Assembly: GCA_017555975.1 (NCBI GenBank)
Contig: JAFZFJ010000193.1
Span: 1 to 49,920 of the forward strand
Source: Alistipes sp.
GTDB taxonomy: Bacteria; Bacteroidota; Bacteroidia; Bacteroidales; Rikenellaceae
DNA: 49,920 nucleotides
Reading direction: 5' to 3'
A model generated the notes under the pieces. That model had not been told where the DNA came from and made no database searches. It was given only the letters and a program-made list of their open reading frames with translations. The number at the start of each line of letters is the position of its first letter. The first letter of the stretch is position 1. A program made the translations under genes and the position numbers. This document shows, one piece after another, positions 1 through 8,398 of the stretch.

Positions 1-2
1 AG

Positions 3-425
3 GCCGAAGCACGCCGCCAGGGCGGCGATCGCCAGGTAGCACCGGCGCAGTGCGTGGCCGACTTCGTCTCGGGCCGCGCCTCGAGATCGCTGCCCTCGAC
101 CTCCTACATCCCCGGCATTACCCCCTCGCGTCTGGATCAGTGGATGCCCTCGTTTATTGCCGAGGGGCTGCGCATGGGTCTCTCGACCTTCGGACGCAAA
201 CTGCACGGCTTTGTGACGAACGAGGCTGTAGTGGTGGGTGTCGAATCGCGCACCTCGACACCGGTACGCGTGCCGCGCGACACGGAGAGCCTGATGCATC
301 CTGAGGTGGAAGGTCTCTTCCCGACGGGCGAGGGCGCAGGCTACGCCGGTGGCATTATTTCGGCCGCTCTGGATGGTGAGCGCGTCGCCGAAGCTGTAAA
401 ACAATACGCAAGTAAACGTTCATAA
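3..425 (+). CDS. FAD-dependent oxidoreductase/dehydrogenase, C-terminal part (truncated by window start)
   Basis: Frame open from position 3. C-terminal motifs GVESRTSTPVR and GLFPTGEGAGYAGGIISAALDG are typical of the uncharacterised FAD-dependent dehydrogenase family. Confidence 0.8.
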   Translation, partial: AEARRQGGDRQVAPAQCVADFVSGRASRSLPSTSYIPGITPSRLDQWMPSFIAEGLRMGLSTFGRKLHGFVTNEAVVVGVESRTSTPVRVPRDTESLMHPEVEGLFPTGEGAGYAGGIISAALDGERVAEAVKQYASKRS

Positions 426-439
426 CCCCCCATCGTAAC

Positions 440-1567
440 ATGAAACATTACGACTATCTGATCGTCGGTGCAGGACTCTTCGGAGCCACCTTCGCCTACC
501 GTGCTCACCAGGCCGGCAAGCGCTGTCTGGTGATCGACAAACGCCCCCAGGTGGGTGGCAACCTCTATTGCGAGGAGGTGGAGGGCATCCATGTCCACAA
601 ATATGGCGCCCACATTTTCCACACCTCAAACAAGGCGGTTTGGAATTTCGTCAATTCGATTGTCGAGTTCAACCGCTACACCAATTCACCGGTGGCCAAC
701 TACCAGGGTAAGCTCTACAACCTGCCCTTCAACATGAACACCTTCTACCAGATGTGGCAGGTGACCACCCCCGAGGAGGCACAGGCCAAGCTCGACGAGC
801 AACGTCGTGAGGCGTTAGAGGCAATGCAGAAGGCCGGTGTGGATGCTCCGCGCAACCTCGAAGAGCAGGCCATCGCCCTGATTGGTCGCGACATCTACGA
901 GAAGCTCATCAAGGGCTACACCGAGAAGCAGTGGGGACGCAAATGTACCGAACTTCCGGCCTTCATCATCAAGCGCCTGCCGGTTCGCATGGTTTATGAC
1001 AACAACTACTTCAACGATGCCTACCAGGGCATTCCGATCGGCGGTTACAACAAGCTCATCGATGGCCTGCTGGAGGGTGCCGACGTGGAGACCTCGACCG
1101 ACTTCTTCGCCAACCGCGCCCACTGGGAGTCGATGGCCGACAAGATTGTCTTCACGGGTAAGATTGACGAATACTACGACTACCGCTATGGTGCTTTGGA
1201 GTACCGCACCGTACGCTTTGAGGAGGAGGTAATCGACACGCCGAACTACCAAGGTAACGCCGTCGTAAACTACACGGAGGCCGAGGTCCCCTATACGCGC
1301 GTCATTGAGCACAAGCACTTCGAGCACTTCGGTGAGGCAGTCTATAACCTGAAGAAGACAGTCATCAGCCGCGAGTATTCGACCGAGTGGAAGGGCGAAA
1401 GCGAACCCTTCTATCCGGTAAACAACGACCGCAACACGGCGCTCTACGAGCAGTATCGCGCCCTGGCCGAACAGGAGGAGCGCGTCATCTTTGGTGGTCG
1501 TCTGGCCGAGTATAAGTATTACGACATGGCACCGATCGTGGAGCGTGTCTTAAATATGGAGGTGTAA
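440..1567 (+). CDS. glf: UDP-galactopyranose mutase
   Basis: N-terminal GAGLFG dinucleotide fold, HKYGAHIFHT, YTEKQWG and GRLAEYKYYDM motifs; 375 aa. Confidence 0.96.
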   Translation: MKHYDYLIVGAGLFGATFAYRAHQAGKRCLVIDKRPQVGGNLYCEEVEGIHVHKYGAHIFHTSNKAVWNFVNSIVEFNRYTNSPVANYQGKLYNLPFNMNTFYQMWQVTTPEEAQAKLDEQRREALEAMQKAGVDAPRNLEEQAIALIGRDIYEKLIKGYTEKQWGRKCTELPAFIIKRLPVRMVYDNNYFNDAYQGIPIGGYNKLIDGLLEGADVETSTDFFANRAHWESMADKIVFTGKIDEYYDYRYGALEYRTVRFEEEVIDTPNYQGNAVVNYTEAEVPYTRVIEHKHFEHFGEAVYNLKKTVISREYSTEWKGESEPFYPVNNDRNTALYEQYRALAEQEERVIFGGRLAEYKYYDMAPIVERVLNMEV

Positions 1568-2565
1568 TGAAAGTTTTAAGTATCTGTATCCCCTCCTACA
1601 ACATGGAGGCATACCTGGGTCGTTGTGTCGACAGCCTGCTGGCCGAGGAGATTCTCGACAAGCTGGAGATCATCATCGTCAACGACGGCAGCAAGGACCG
1701 CACGCTGGAGATTGCCAACAGCTACAAGGCCCGCTATCCCCAATCGGTGGTCGTGGTCGACAAGCCGAACGGCCACTACGGCTCGACGGTCAACGCCGCT
1801 CTGCAGGTCGCTACGGGACGCTATTTCCGTCTGCTCGATGCCGACGACTGGTTTAACACAGAGACCCTGATTGAGTTTGTCGGCCACCTCGAGCAACAGG
1901 ATGTCGACTGCTTCGTGACGCGCTACAGCGTACATTTCGAGGCAGAGAACAAGATCGTTGACCAGCCCACGGGTCTGCACAGCGGTCTTTACACGCTCGA
2001 CAAATTCGAGATTCCGGAGAGCTTCCTCATGATGCACTGCCTGACCTGGAAGTTGGCCCTGCTGAAGGATATGAACTACCGCCAAACCGAGGGCATCTGC
2101 TACACGGACAGCCAGTTTGTCTGCTTCCCGATGCGTCACGCACGCACGATCTATTTCCTGGATCGTTCGCTCTACCAGTACCATCGCGGACGTAGCGAGC
2201 AGTCGGTGAGCCGTCGCTCCATTGCCCGCAACTTCCACCACTACGAGTTGCTACTCGAGGGCTTCCACGCCAACTTCATGACCGAGAATCCGAGCTGGAA
2301 CTGCAACGCACTGGATGCGCAGACCTTCTATATCTTCCACTGCACAACCAACCTGCTGCGTTCGGGTATCCTCTACAACGGCTACGACGAGCAGCGCGAG
2401 GCAGCCATGCGCAAACTCTTTGGTCTGCTCGGCGAGCGCTATCCGCAACGCCATGCACGCCTGCTGCGCCATCGCCTCTACGTCAAGATTTGGCACGATT
2501 GGCCGCGTCTGCAACGCTGGTTACTGGCCCCCTGCCGCTACTATTACAAGCTGAAATTTTCCTAA
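1567..2565 (+). CDS. Glycosyltransferase family 2
   Basis: SICIPSYN, IIVNDGSKD, LLDADD (DxD) motifs; TAATG overlap with glf. Confidence 0.92.
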   Translation: MKVLSICIPSYNMEAYLGRCVDSLLAEEILDKLEIIIVNDGSKDRTLEIANSYKARYPQSVVVVDKPNGHYGSTVNAALQVATGRYFRLLDADDWFNTETLIEFVGHLEQQDVDCFVTRYSVHFEAENKIVDQPTGLHSGLYTLDKFEIPESFLMMHCLTWKLALLKDMNYRQTEGICYTDSQFVCFPMRHARTIYFLDRSLYQYHRGRSEQSVSRRSIARNFHHYELLLEGFHANFMTENPSWNCNALDAQTFYIFHCTTNLLRSGILYNGYDEQREAAMRKLFGLLGERYPQRHARLLRHRLYVKIWHDWPRLQRWLLAPCRYYYKLKFS

Positions 2566-2575
2566 TAAACCCCGC

Positions 2576-2613
2576 AAGGCGGCCATTTCGAACTCCGAAA
2601 GGCCGCCTTTTTT
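2576..2613 (+). terminator. Rho-independent terminator of the glf-GT2 operon
   Basis: AAGGCGGCC...GGCCGCCTT stem followed by a T-run. Confidence 0.85.
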
Positions 2614-2708
2614 GTCTTCCGCAACCCCCTCACGACCAGGGCTGTAATGCTTCGATCAGGGGAGTTGTTAAAATTTCTTCAAAATTTTTGAAAATTTTTT
2701 ATTAAAAA

Positions 2709-2740
2709 GTTGCACGGCTCACAGAAAGGCCTTATCTTTG
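2709..2740 (+). promoter_or_regulatory. Bacteroidota sigma-A promoter with no downstream ORF
   Basis: GTTG (2709-2712), 20-nt spacer, TATCTTTG (2733-2740), with an AT-rich tract upstream. Confidence 0.7.
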
Positions 2741-2745
2741 CAGCG

Positions 2746-2842
2746 AAGTTTTAAGGTTCATTTAGGTTAGTAGTTTTAGGTTGGTGAGGAAATCGACGAA
2801 TCAGGAGCGTTCTGCTCCGATTCACGGTTTCCTTCTTTTTTT
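2746..2842 (+). ncRNA. Candidate small RNA (~95 nt)
   Basis: Consensus promoter upstream; U-rich 5' half with 3x TT(A)AGGTT; long hairpin 2786-2833 and T7 tail; no ORF. Confidence 0.55.
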
Positions 2843-2922
2843 GTATATATACCTAAAAACCGATCACCGAGGGGGCAATCGTTCCAACGCAACAAGCTAA
2901 AAGAGTCAGGGGGATATAAAGC

Positions 2923-2950
2923 AAAAGGGTTGGCTAAATAGCCAACCCTT
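2923..2950 (-). terminator. Terminator downstream of tRNA-Leu
   Basis: AAGGGTTGGCTA-aa-TAGCCAACCCTT inverted repeat with an A-run on the left (T-run on minus strand). Confidence 0.8.
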
Positions 2951-2957
2951 CTTCCAG

Positions 2958-3039
2958 TGCCCAGGACAGGAATCGAACCTGCACGCCTTGCGGCACACGC
3001 ACCTGAAACGTGCGCGTCTACCTATTCCGCCACCTGGGC
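2958..3039 (-). tRNA. tRNA-Leu (anticodon CAG)
   Basis: Reverse complement GCCCAGGTGGCGGAATAGGTAGACGCGCACGTTTCAGGTGCGTGTGCCGCAAGGCGTGCAGGTTCGATTCCTGTCCTGGGCA: acceptor stem, long variable arm, GTTCGA T-loop; CCA not encoded. Confidence 0.97.
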
Positions 3040-3057
3040 ATTTCGGAATTGCAGGTG

Positions 3058-3088
3058 CAAAGGTAGTGAAAAAAAACCAACCTGCAAG
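3058..3088 (-). promoter_or_regulatory. Promoter of tRNA-Leu
   Basis: Minus strand CTTG-N19-TACCTTTG. Confidence 0.65.
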
Positions 3089-3126
3089 CATTTTTCAAAA
3101 AAAATCGCAAAAATCTCGATTTTGGG

Positions 3127-3753
3127 CTACTTGTTCAGGTATTTATAGTGAAAAAGGAGCAAATAGACCACCGCTACCGAGATATAACTGTCGGCCAAGT
3201 TGAAGACCGGACCGAAGAAATAGTTGTTACCATCGACCAGGAACGAGAGCCATTGGGGGCAGTTGTTCCACTGGAAAAGCGGGAAGTAGAACATATCGAC
3301 TACCTTACCCATCATAAATCCGGCATACGAACCACCGAAGTGTGCCACGGTCAGCGGAGTCGACGCCGAGAAAACGAGGCCATAGAAGGCCGAATCGAGG
3401 ATGTTGCCCACAGCACCTGCCAAGATCAGTACCAAGCCTACCAAAACGCCCTTCGGGGTATCTTCGCGACGATTCAGATGGTAGATCAGATAGGCGATTG
3501 CTCCCGAGGCCAGCAAGCGGAAAATGCCGAGGATCAACTTACCCCAATCATAGCCGTCACCGGCCATTAAGCGCATACCAAAGGCTGCACCGGGATTCTC
3601 GATAAAACGCAACTGGAACCAATCGGGGAAGACTGAGACACCCTCGCCGAGTGCAAAATGGGTCTTGATCCAGATTTTGAGCGCCTGATCAGCCACAAGC
3701 AGTGCGACCAACAACCAGGCGATATTACTGAGTTTGAATTTCCTAGTTTCCAT
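3127..3753 (-). CDS. lspA: Lipoprotein signal peptidase II
   Basis: DQALK, ENPGAAFG, GAVGNILD, VVDM and FNLADSYI motifs. Start moved to METRKF (ATG at 3753). Confidence 0.93.
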   Translation of the reverse strand: METRKFKLSNIAWLLVALLVADQALKIWIKTHFALGEGVSVFPDWFQLRFIENPGAAFGMRLMAGDGYDWGKLILGIFRLLASGAIAYLIYHLNRREDTPKGVLVGLVLILAGAVGNILDSAFYGLVFSASTPLTVAHFGGSYAGFMMGKVVDMFYFPLFQWNNCPQWLSFLVDGNNYFFGPVFNLADSYISVAVVYLLLFHYKYLNK

Positions 3754-3758
3754 AGAGA

Positions 3759-3790
3759 CAAAGATAGTGCAAGCCGAGCGCAATGCCAAA
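3759..3790 (-). promoter_or_regulatory. Consensus promoter of lspA, inside a palindromic element
   Basis: Minus strand TTTG (3790-3787)-N20-TATCTTTG (3766-3759); ATG follows 5 nt later. Confidence 0.75.
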
Positions 3791-3951
3791 TTTATTTGAA
3801 GAAAATGGTGTTCTGATGGGCGGGGAGCTTGCTCACCTACCCATCTGAACAGCGTTTTCAACGAACGAAGTTCGGGGCATTGCCGAGGCGCAGCCTATCT
3901 AAACCGAGCGGAACATGCCGGAAGGCTATGTGAAGCGAAGGTAAAGATAGG
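3759..3951. repeat. Nested palindromic (REP/MITE-like) element cluster
   Basis: Outer arms AGATAG..GCAATGCC / GGCATTGC..CTATCT enclose an inner hairpin (GAAAA/TTTTC, TGTTC/GAACA, GATGG/CCATC, GAGC/GCTC). A second hairpin CCTATCT..GCC-GGAA-GGC..AGATAGG is adjacent. Confidence 0.55.
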
Positions 3952-3980
3952 TAAATCGCCCACATACAGCAAACAAAAAA

Positions 3981-4056
3981 GACTACTAAAGGTTGCTAAT
4001 GGATACTAAAGGCAACTAAAGTTACTCCTTAATGCCTTTAATTACCCTTAGCACCC
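3981..4056. repeat. Degenerate 10-bp tandem repeats in two inverted blocks
   Basis: gactactaaa/ggttgctaat/ggatactaaa/ggcaactaaa, then on the minus strand gggtgctaag/ggtaattaaa/ggcattaagg. Confidence 0.6.
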
Positions 4057-4104
4057 TTTTTCTCGATTTATAAAAAAAGCACTATTTTTGTACAAACCAT
4101 TCCT

Positions 4105-4521
4105 ATGAAACGACTTCTATTTTTATTGATTTTTGCCCTCGGCGTGCATATTTCCGAGGCACAGGTGCGCTGGGTTGAGGGTTCGACCGACACGGTGTGC
4201 GAATTGGCCATTGCGCAGAAAAAGTTGGTCTTTATCGACCTCTATGCCGATTGGTGCGGGCCATGCCGAGCGATGAACGAGCGAGTCTTTAAGAACAAAG
4301 AGGTGGGCGAATTTTTCGACCAACATTTTGTGGCCGCAAAATACAACATCGAGCGCCCCACAGGACGCGAACTGATGCAGCGATACGGACGCGGATCGAT
4401 CCCTTTATACCTGATTTTCAACACCGAGGGCGAATTGCTCGGCACGATTTTGGGAGCATCCCCCGCCGAGGAGTTTCTGATGCATCTGCGTCGCATTCTT
4501 GCAAAACAAAAGGAGGCCTAA
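4105..4521 (+). CDS. Exported thioredoxin-family protein
   Basis: Signal peptide, YADWCGPC active site; TATTTTTG promoter at 4083-4090. Confidence 0.88.
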   Translation: MKRLLFLLIFALGVHISEAQVRWVEGSTDTVCELAIAQKKLVFIDLYADWCGPCRAMNERVFKNKEVGEFFDQHFVAAKYNIERPTGRELMQRYGRGSIPLYLIFNTEGELLGTILGASPAEEFLMHLRRILAKQKEA

Positions 4522-5555
4522 GCCTCCTTTTTTGTCGTATTTTCCGTCGAAAGCAACCCGCATGCTGCCTGAATATCCTCACCACGCGAAGCGCGAATCG
4601 TGGTCTGAATGCCACGCGCCGTCAGGGTATCTCGGAAGCGAATCATCTGCTCATCATCGGGCGAGAAGTAGGGCGACGAGGGGATCTTGTGAAAACGGAT
4701 CAGGTTGATGCGGCATTTGATACCATCAAGCAGGCGGCTCAGCTCGCGAATATGACGCGGCGAGTCGTTCAAACCACTCATCACAATATACTCAAACGAC
4801 ACGCGACGCTGGTGCGTAAAGTCGTATTCGCGCAAAATATCGGTCAATTCGTGGATCGGATAGGCGCGCTCAATCGGCATGATCTCCTTGCGCTCTTCGC
4901 GGAAGGGGTTATGAAGGCTGACCGCCAGGTGGACCTTCGTTTCGTCGAGGAAACGACGCAGATTACTCACCACACCGGCCGTCGAGACCGTAACACGGGT
5001 GGGCGACCAAGCAAAGCCCCACTCCGAGGTGATAATTTCGAGGGCGCGCAACACCTCATCAAGGTTATCGAGCGGCTCACCCATACCCATAAAAACGAGG
5101 TTGGTCAGGCGGTCACGTTCGGGCAACGAAACGATCTGATTGAGGATCTCTGCAGCCGAAAGATTATGCTGCAAACCCTGACGTCCCGTAGCACAGAATT
5201 TGCATCCCATACGGCAACCCGCCTGCGATGAAACACACAACGTTGCACGCTCACCATCAGGAATATATGCCGATTCAATGTAGCAACCCTGCGAGGTTTT
5301 GAAGAGGTACTTTTTCGTGCCGTCTTTCGACTCCGAAACCCGTATAGGCGCCGAGAATGCAGGGGCAAAACGGGCAGCGAGAAGTTCCCGATTTTTCTTC
5401 GACAAATCGCTCATGAGCATCGGGTCCTCAACATGGCGCTGGTAGAGCCAGCGGGCCAGCTGACCGGCGGCGAAACGAGGCATCCCCAACTCGGCACACA
5501 CAGCGGCGAGTTCGGTCGGGGTCTTTCCGTAAAGCGTCTCTTTTGATGCAATCAT
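4518..5555 (-). CDS. rlmN: 23S rRNA m2A2503 / tRNA m2A37 radical-SAM methyltransferase
   Basis: CVSSQAGCRMGCKFC (CxxxCxxC), MGMGEP and DIQAACGLL motifs; TAATTTTG promoter at 5589-5582. Confidence 0.95.
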   Translation of the reverse strand: MIASKETLYGKTPTELAAVCAELGMPRFAAGQLARWLYQRHVEDPMLMSDLSKKNRELLAARFAPAFSAPIRVSESKDGTKKYLFKTSQGCYIESAYIPDGERATLCVSSQAGCRMGCKFCATGRQGLQHNLSAAEILNQIVSLPERDRLTNLVFMGMGEPLDNLDEVLRALEIITSEWGFAWSPTRVTVSTAGVVSNLRRFLDETKVHLAVSLHNPFREERKEIMPIERAYPIHELTDILREYDFTHQRRVSFEYIVMSGLNDSPRHIRELSRLLDGIKCRINLIRFHKIPSSPYFSPDDEQMIRFRDTLTARGIQTTIRASRGEDIQAACGLLSTENTTKKEA

Positions 5556-5723
5556 GGTTGTTCTATCGGGCTTTGATGCGACAAAATTAGCGTTTTTTTA
5601 AAGATTTTTTGAGCCAAATGATAGATTTTTGATTTTTTCTCTTTATATTTGTGGTGCATTGGGTACGTATGGCCTTGCCATGCGTAGCATTTTGTGGAAA
5701 ACAATTAAAAAAACTACAATAGA

Positions 5724-6407
5724 ATGGAGATTAAAAAGAGTCCCAAAGCAGACCTGCAGAACAAACGAGGTCTTTTGCTGGAGATCGGTCTGGCTGTAGC
5801 CCTGGCCATCGTAATCGGTGCCTTCGCTTGGACGCCGAAGGAGCACCGCATTGAGCAAGTCGATCTGAACTACGCCATCGTAGAGGAGGAGATCACCGAG
5901 ATTACGCGTCAGGACCAGAAGCCGCCCGAGCCGCCGAAGAAGGTGGAGGTGAAGGTGATTGCCGACCTGCTGCAGGTGGTAACCAACGACACGAAGATCG
6001 AGACGTCGATGACCTTCGACGAGTTTGATGAGGATGCTGAGGTATTCCAGGAGGTAGAGGTTGTTGAGGAGGAGATCGTTGACGACGAGCCGTTCCTCAT
6101 CGTAGAGACCATGCCGACGTTCCAGGGTGGTGACCTGAACACGTTCCGTAACTGGGTACAGTCGAACGTTCGTTTCCCGCAGATTGCACTGGAGAACGGT
6201 ATTCAGGGTACGGTAGTTCTCTCGTTCGTGATCGAGAAGGACGGTTCGCTGACCAACATCCAGGTACTCCGCACGCCCGACCGTTCGCTGTCGGAGGAGG
6301 CTACGCGCGTGCTGTCGAAGTCGCCGAAGTGGACCCCCGGCAAGCAGCGTAACCAGGTGGTACGTGTAAAGTACAACCTGCCTGTAGTATTCCGCGTACA
6401 GAACTAA
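5724..6407 (+). CDS. tonB: Energy transducer TonB
   Basis: MEIKKSPKADL N-terminus, one TM helix, Pro/Glu-rich linker, FPQIALENGIQGTV..F C-domain; TATATTTG promoter at 5644-5651. Confidence 0.9.
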   Translation: MEIKKSPKADLQNKRGLLLEIGLAVALAIVIGAFAWTPKEHRIEQVDLNYAIVEEEITEITRQDQKPPEPPKKVEVKVIADLLQVVTNDTKIETSMTFDEFDEDAEVFQEVEVVEEEIVDDEPFLIVETMPTFQGGDLNTFRNWVQSNVRFPQIALENGIQGTVVLSFVIEKDGSLTNIQVLRTPDRSLSEEATRVLSKSPKWTPGKQRNQVVRVKYNLPVVFRVQN

Positions 6408-6431
6408 TCAGCCCTTTGGGCAACACACGAT

Positions 6432-6465
6432 AAAGGGTATCTGCCGTGAGGGAGATACCCTTTTT
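6432..6465 (+). terminator. Rho-independent terminator after tonB
   Basis: AAAGGGTATCT...AGATACCCTTT followed by T's. Confidence 0.85.
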
Positions 6466-6519
6466 GTGGCGAAAAGGGGCCCTAAGTTAGGCACCCTTAT
6501 TAACACTAAATAGAGAGAT

Positions 6520-7686
6520 TTGGAAAGAGCAGTACTTGTCGCCGTGATCCGCGACAATCAGGAGCCTCGCCAGGCTATCGAATTTCTGGACGAGCTCGAA
6601 TTTTTGGCCGAAACGGCCGACATTGAGACGGTGCGCCGCTTCACACAGCGCCTGCCGCAACCCTCGTCACGCATCTACGTAGGACCGGGTAAGTTGCAGG
6701 AGATTGCCGACTATTGCAAGGAGGAGGAGATCGATGTGGTGATCTTCGACGATGAGTTGAACCCCTCGCAAACGCGCAACATCGAGCAGGCCATGCCGTG
6801 CCGTATCCTCGACCGCACGCGTCTGATTCTCGACATCTTCCTTTCGCGTGCACAGACCGCCTACGCCAAGACGCAGGTACAGCTGGCCAACTACGAATAC
6901 CTCCTCCCCCGCCTGAGCGGTATGTGGACCCACCTGGAGCGCCAGCGAGGTGGTACGGGTACGCGTGGTGGTGCCGGTGAGCGCGAGATCGAGACCGACC
7001 GTCGTCAGATTCGCAACCGCATCTCGAAACTCAAGGAGGATCTGAAGAAGATCGACAAGCAGATGGCCGTGCAGCGCTCGAACCGCGGTTCGATGGTGCG
7101 CGTAGCCCTGGTGGGTTATACGAACGTCGGCAAATCGACCCTGATGAACCTCATCTCGAAGAGCGAGGTCTTCGCCGAGAACAAGCTCTTTGCTACGCTC
7201 GACACGACGGTGCGCAAGGTGGTCTTCGACAACCTTCCGTTCCTCATGTCGGACACGGTAGGTTTTATTCGCAAGCTCCCCACCGAGCTGATCGAGTCGT
7301 TTAAATCGACCCTCGACGAGGTTCGCGAAGCCGACCTACTGATTCACGTTGTGGACATTTCACATCCGCAGTTCGAGGATCAAATTGCCGTTGTTAAGCA
7401 GACCCTGCAGGAGATTGGTGCCGGTGACAAACCGGTCTACCTGGTCTTCAACAAGATCGACGCTTATACCTATATAGAAAAGGACCCGGACGATTTGACC
7501 CCCGCTACGCGCGAGAACCTCTCGCTCGAGGATCTGAAGAAGAGCTGGATTGCCAAGGCAAACACCCCCTGCATCTTCCTTTCGGCCATCGAGCGCATCA
7601 ACATCGAGAAGTTCCGCACGGACCTCTACGGCATGGTTCGTGAGATTCATGCCGGACGTTATCCGTTCAACAACTTCCTCTATTAA
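6520..7686 (+). CDS. hflX: Ribosome-splitting GTPase HflX
   Basis: GYTNVGKST (G1), LFATLDTT, DTVGF and NKID motifs; TTG start with an in-frame stop just upstream. Confidence 0.95.
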   Translation: MERAVLVAVIRDNQEPRQAIEFLDELEFLAETADIETVRRFTQRLPQPSSRIYVGPGKLQEIADYCKEEEIDVVIFDDELNPSQTRNIEQAMPCRILDRTRLILDIFLSRAQTAYAKTQVQLANYEYLLPRLSGMWTHLERQRGGTGTRGGAGEREIETDRRQIRNRISKLKEDLKKIDKQMAVQRSNRGSMVRVALVGYTNVGKSTLMNLISKSEVFAENKLFATLDTTVRKVVFDNLPFLMSDTVGFIRKLPTELIESFKSTLDEVREADLLIHVVDISHPQFEDQIAVVKQTLQEIGAGDKPVYLVFNKIDAYTYIEKDPDDLTPATRENLSLEDLKKSWIAKANTPCIFLSAIERINIEKFRTDLYGMVREIHAGRYPFNNFLY

Positions 7687-7711
7687 CAATCCTTTAACCT
7701 CCTCTAACACA

Positions 7712-8365
7712 ATGAAGCTCAACATCCTCTCCGAGCAAAATTCGGTGCTCAACACCTTCCTGGCCGAGATCCGCGATCGACAGATCCAGCAGGACCCGAT
7801 GCGTTTCCGTCGCAATCTGGAGCGTATTGGCGAGATCATGGCCTACGAGATATCGAAGACGATGCACTACACACCGCGCACGGTGGAGACCCCGCTGGGT
7901 GAGGCCGTTGTGCAGCAGATCGACGACAAGCTGGTCATTGCCACCATTCTGCGCGCCGGCCTGCCGTTCCACCAGGGCTTCTTGAACTACTTTGACCGTT
8001 CGCAGAATGCCTTCGTGTCGGCCTACCGCAAGAACCACAAGGATGGCTCGTTTACGGTCAAGGTGGAGTACATTTCGTGCGGTGAGCTGGAGGGCAAGAC
8101 GCTTCTGTTGGTCGATCCGATGTTAGCTACGGGCCAGTCATTGGCATTAGCCTATGAGGCAATGTGTGAGCGTTGTGGTACACCTGCCGAGCTGCATGTA
8201 GCTGCCGTGATCGCCTCGGAACAGGGCGTGGATTATGTCAAGGACCACCTTCCGAAGGAGGCTACGCTGTGGGCCGCCGCGGTGGATGAGGAGCTGACCT
8301 CGAAATTCTACATCGTGCCGGGTCTGGGCGACGCCGGAGACCTGGCCTTTGGCGAGAAGATGTAG
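7712..8365 (+). CDS. upp: Uracil phosphoribosyltransferase
   Basis: ILRAG, DPMLATGQS and YIVPGLGDAGD motifs; start moved to MKLNIL. Confidence 0.94.
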   Translation: MKLNILSEQNSVLNTFLAEIRDRQIQQDPMRFRRNLERIGEIMAYEISKTMHYTPRTVETPLGEAVVQQIDDKLVIATILRAGLPFHQGFLNYFDRSQNAFVSAYRKNHKDGSFTVKVEYISCGELEGKTLLLVDPMLATGQSLALAYEAMCERCGTPAELHVAAVIASEQGVDYVKDHLPKEATLWAAAVDEELTSKFYIVPGLGDAGDLAFGEKM

Positions 8366-8398
8366 TTGCTAAACATCCCCCTTACAACCGTATAAGGT

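Noticed and set aside
2566-3126. Possible integrative element at the tRNA-Leu 3' end
   Set aside because: No integrase, no duplicated tRNA 3' end and no mobile genes seen in the window.
2906-3203. Short ORFs 2906-3091, 2957-3148 and 2988-3203
   Set aside because: They overlap the tRNA-Leu gene and its promoter; spurious.
3754-3861. N-terminal extension of lspA given in the ORF track
   Set aside because: It runs through the palindromic element and the consensus promoter; the LspA-like sequence begins at METRKF. Similar over-long starts were trimmed for upp, cmk, lnt, nagB, ROK and others.
3981-4056. Possible CRISPR array
   Set aside because: Units are 10 bp, degenerate, have no unique spacers, and no cas genes are present.
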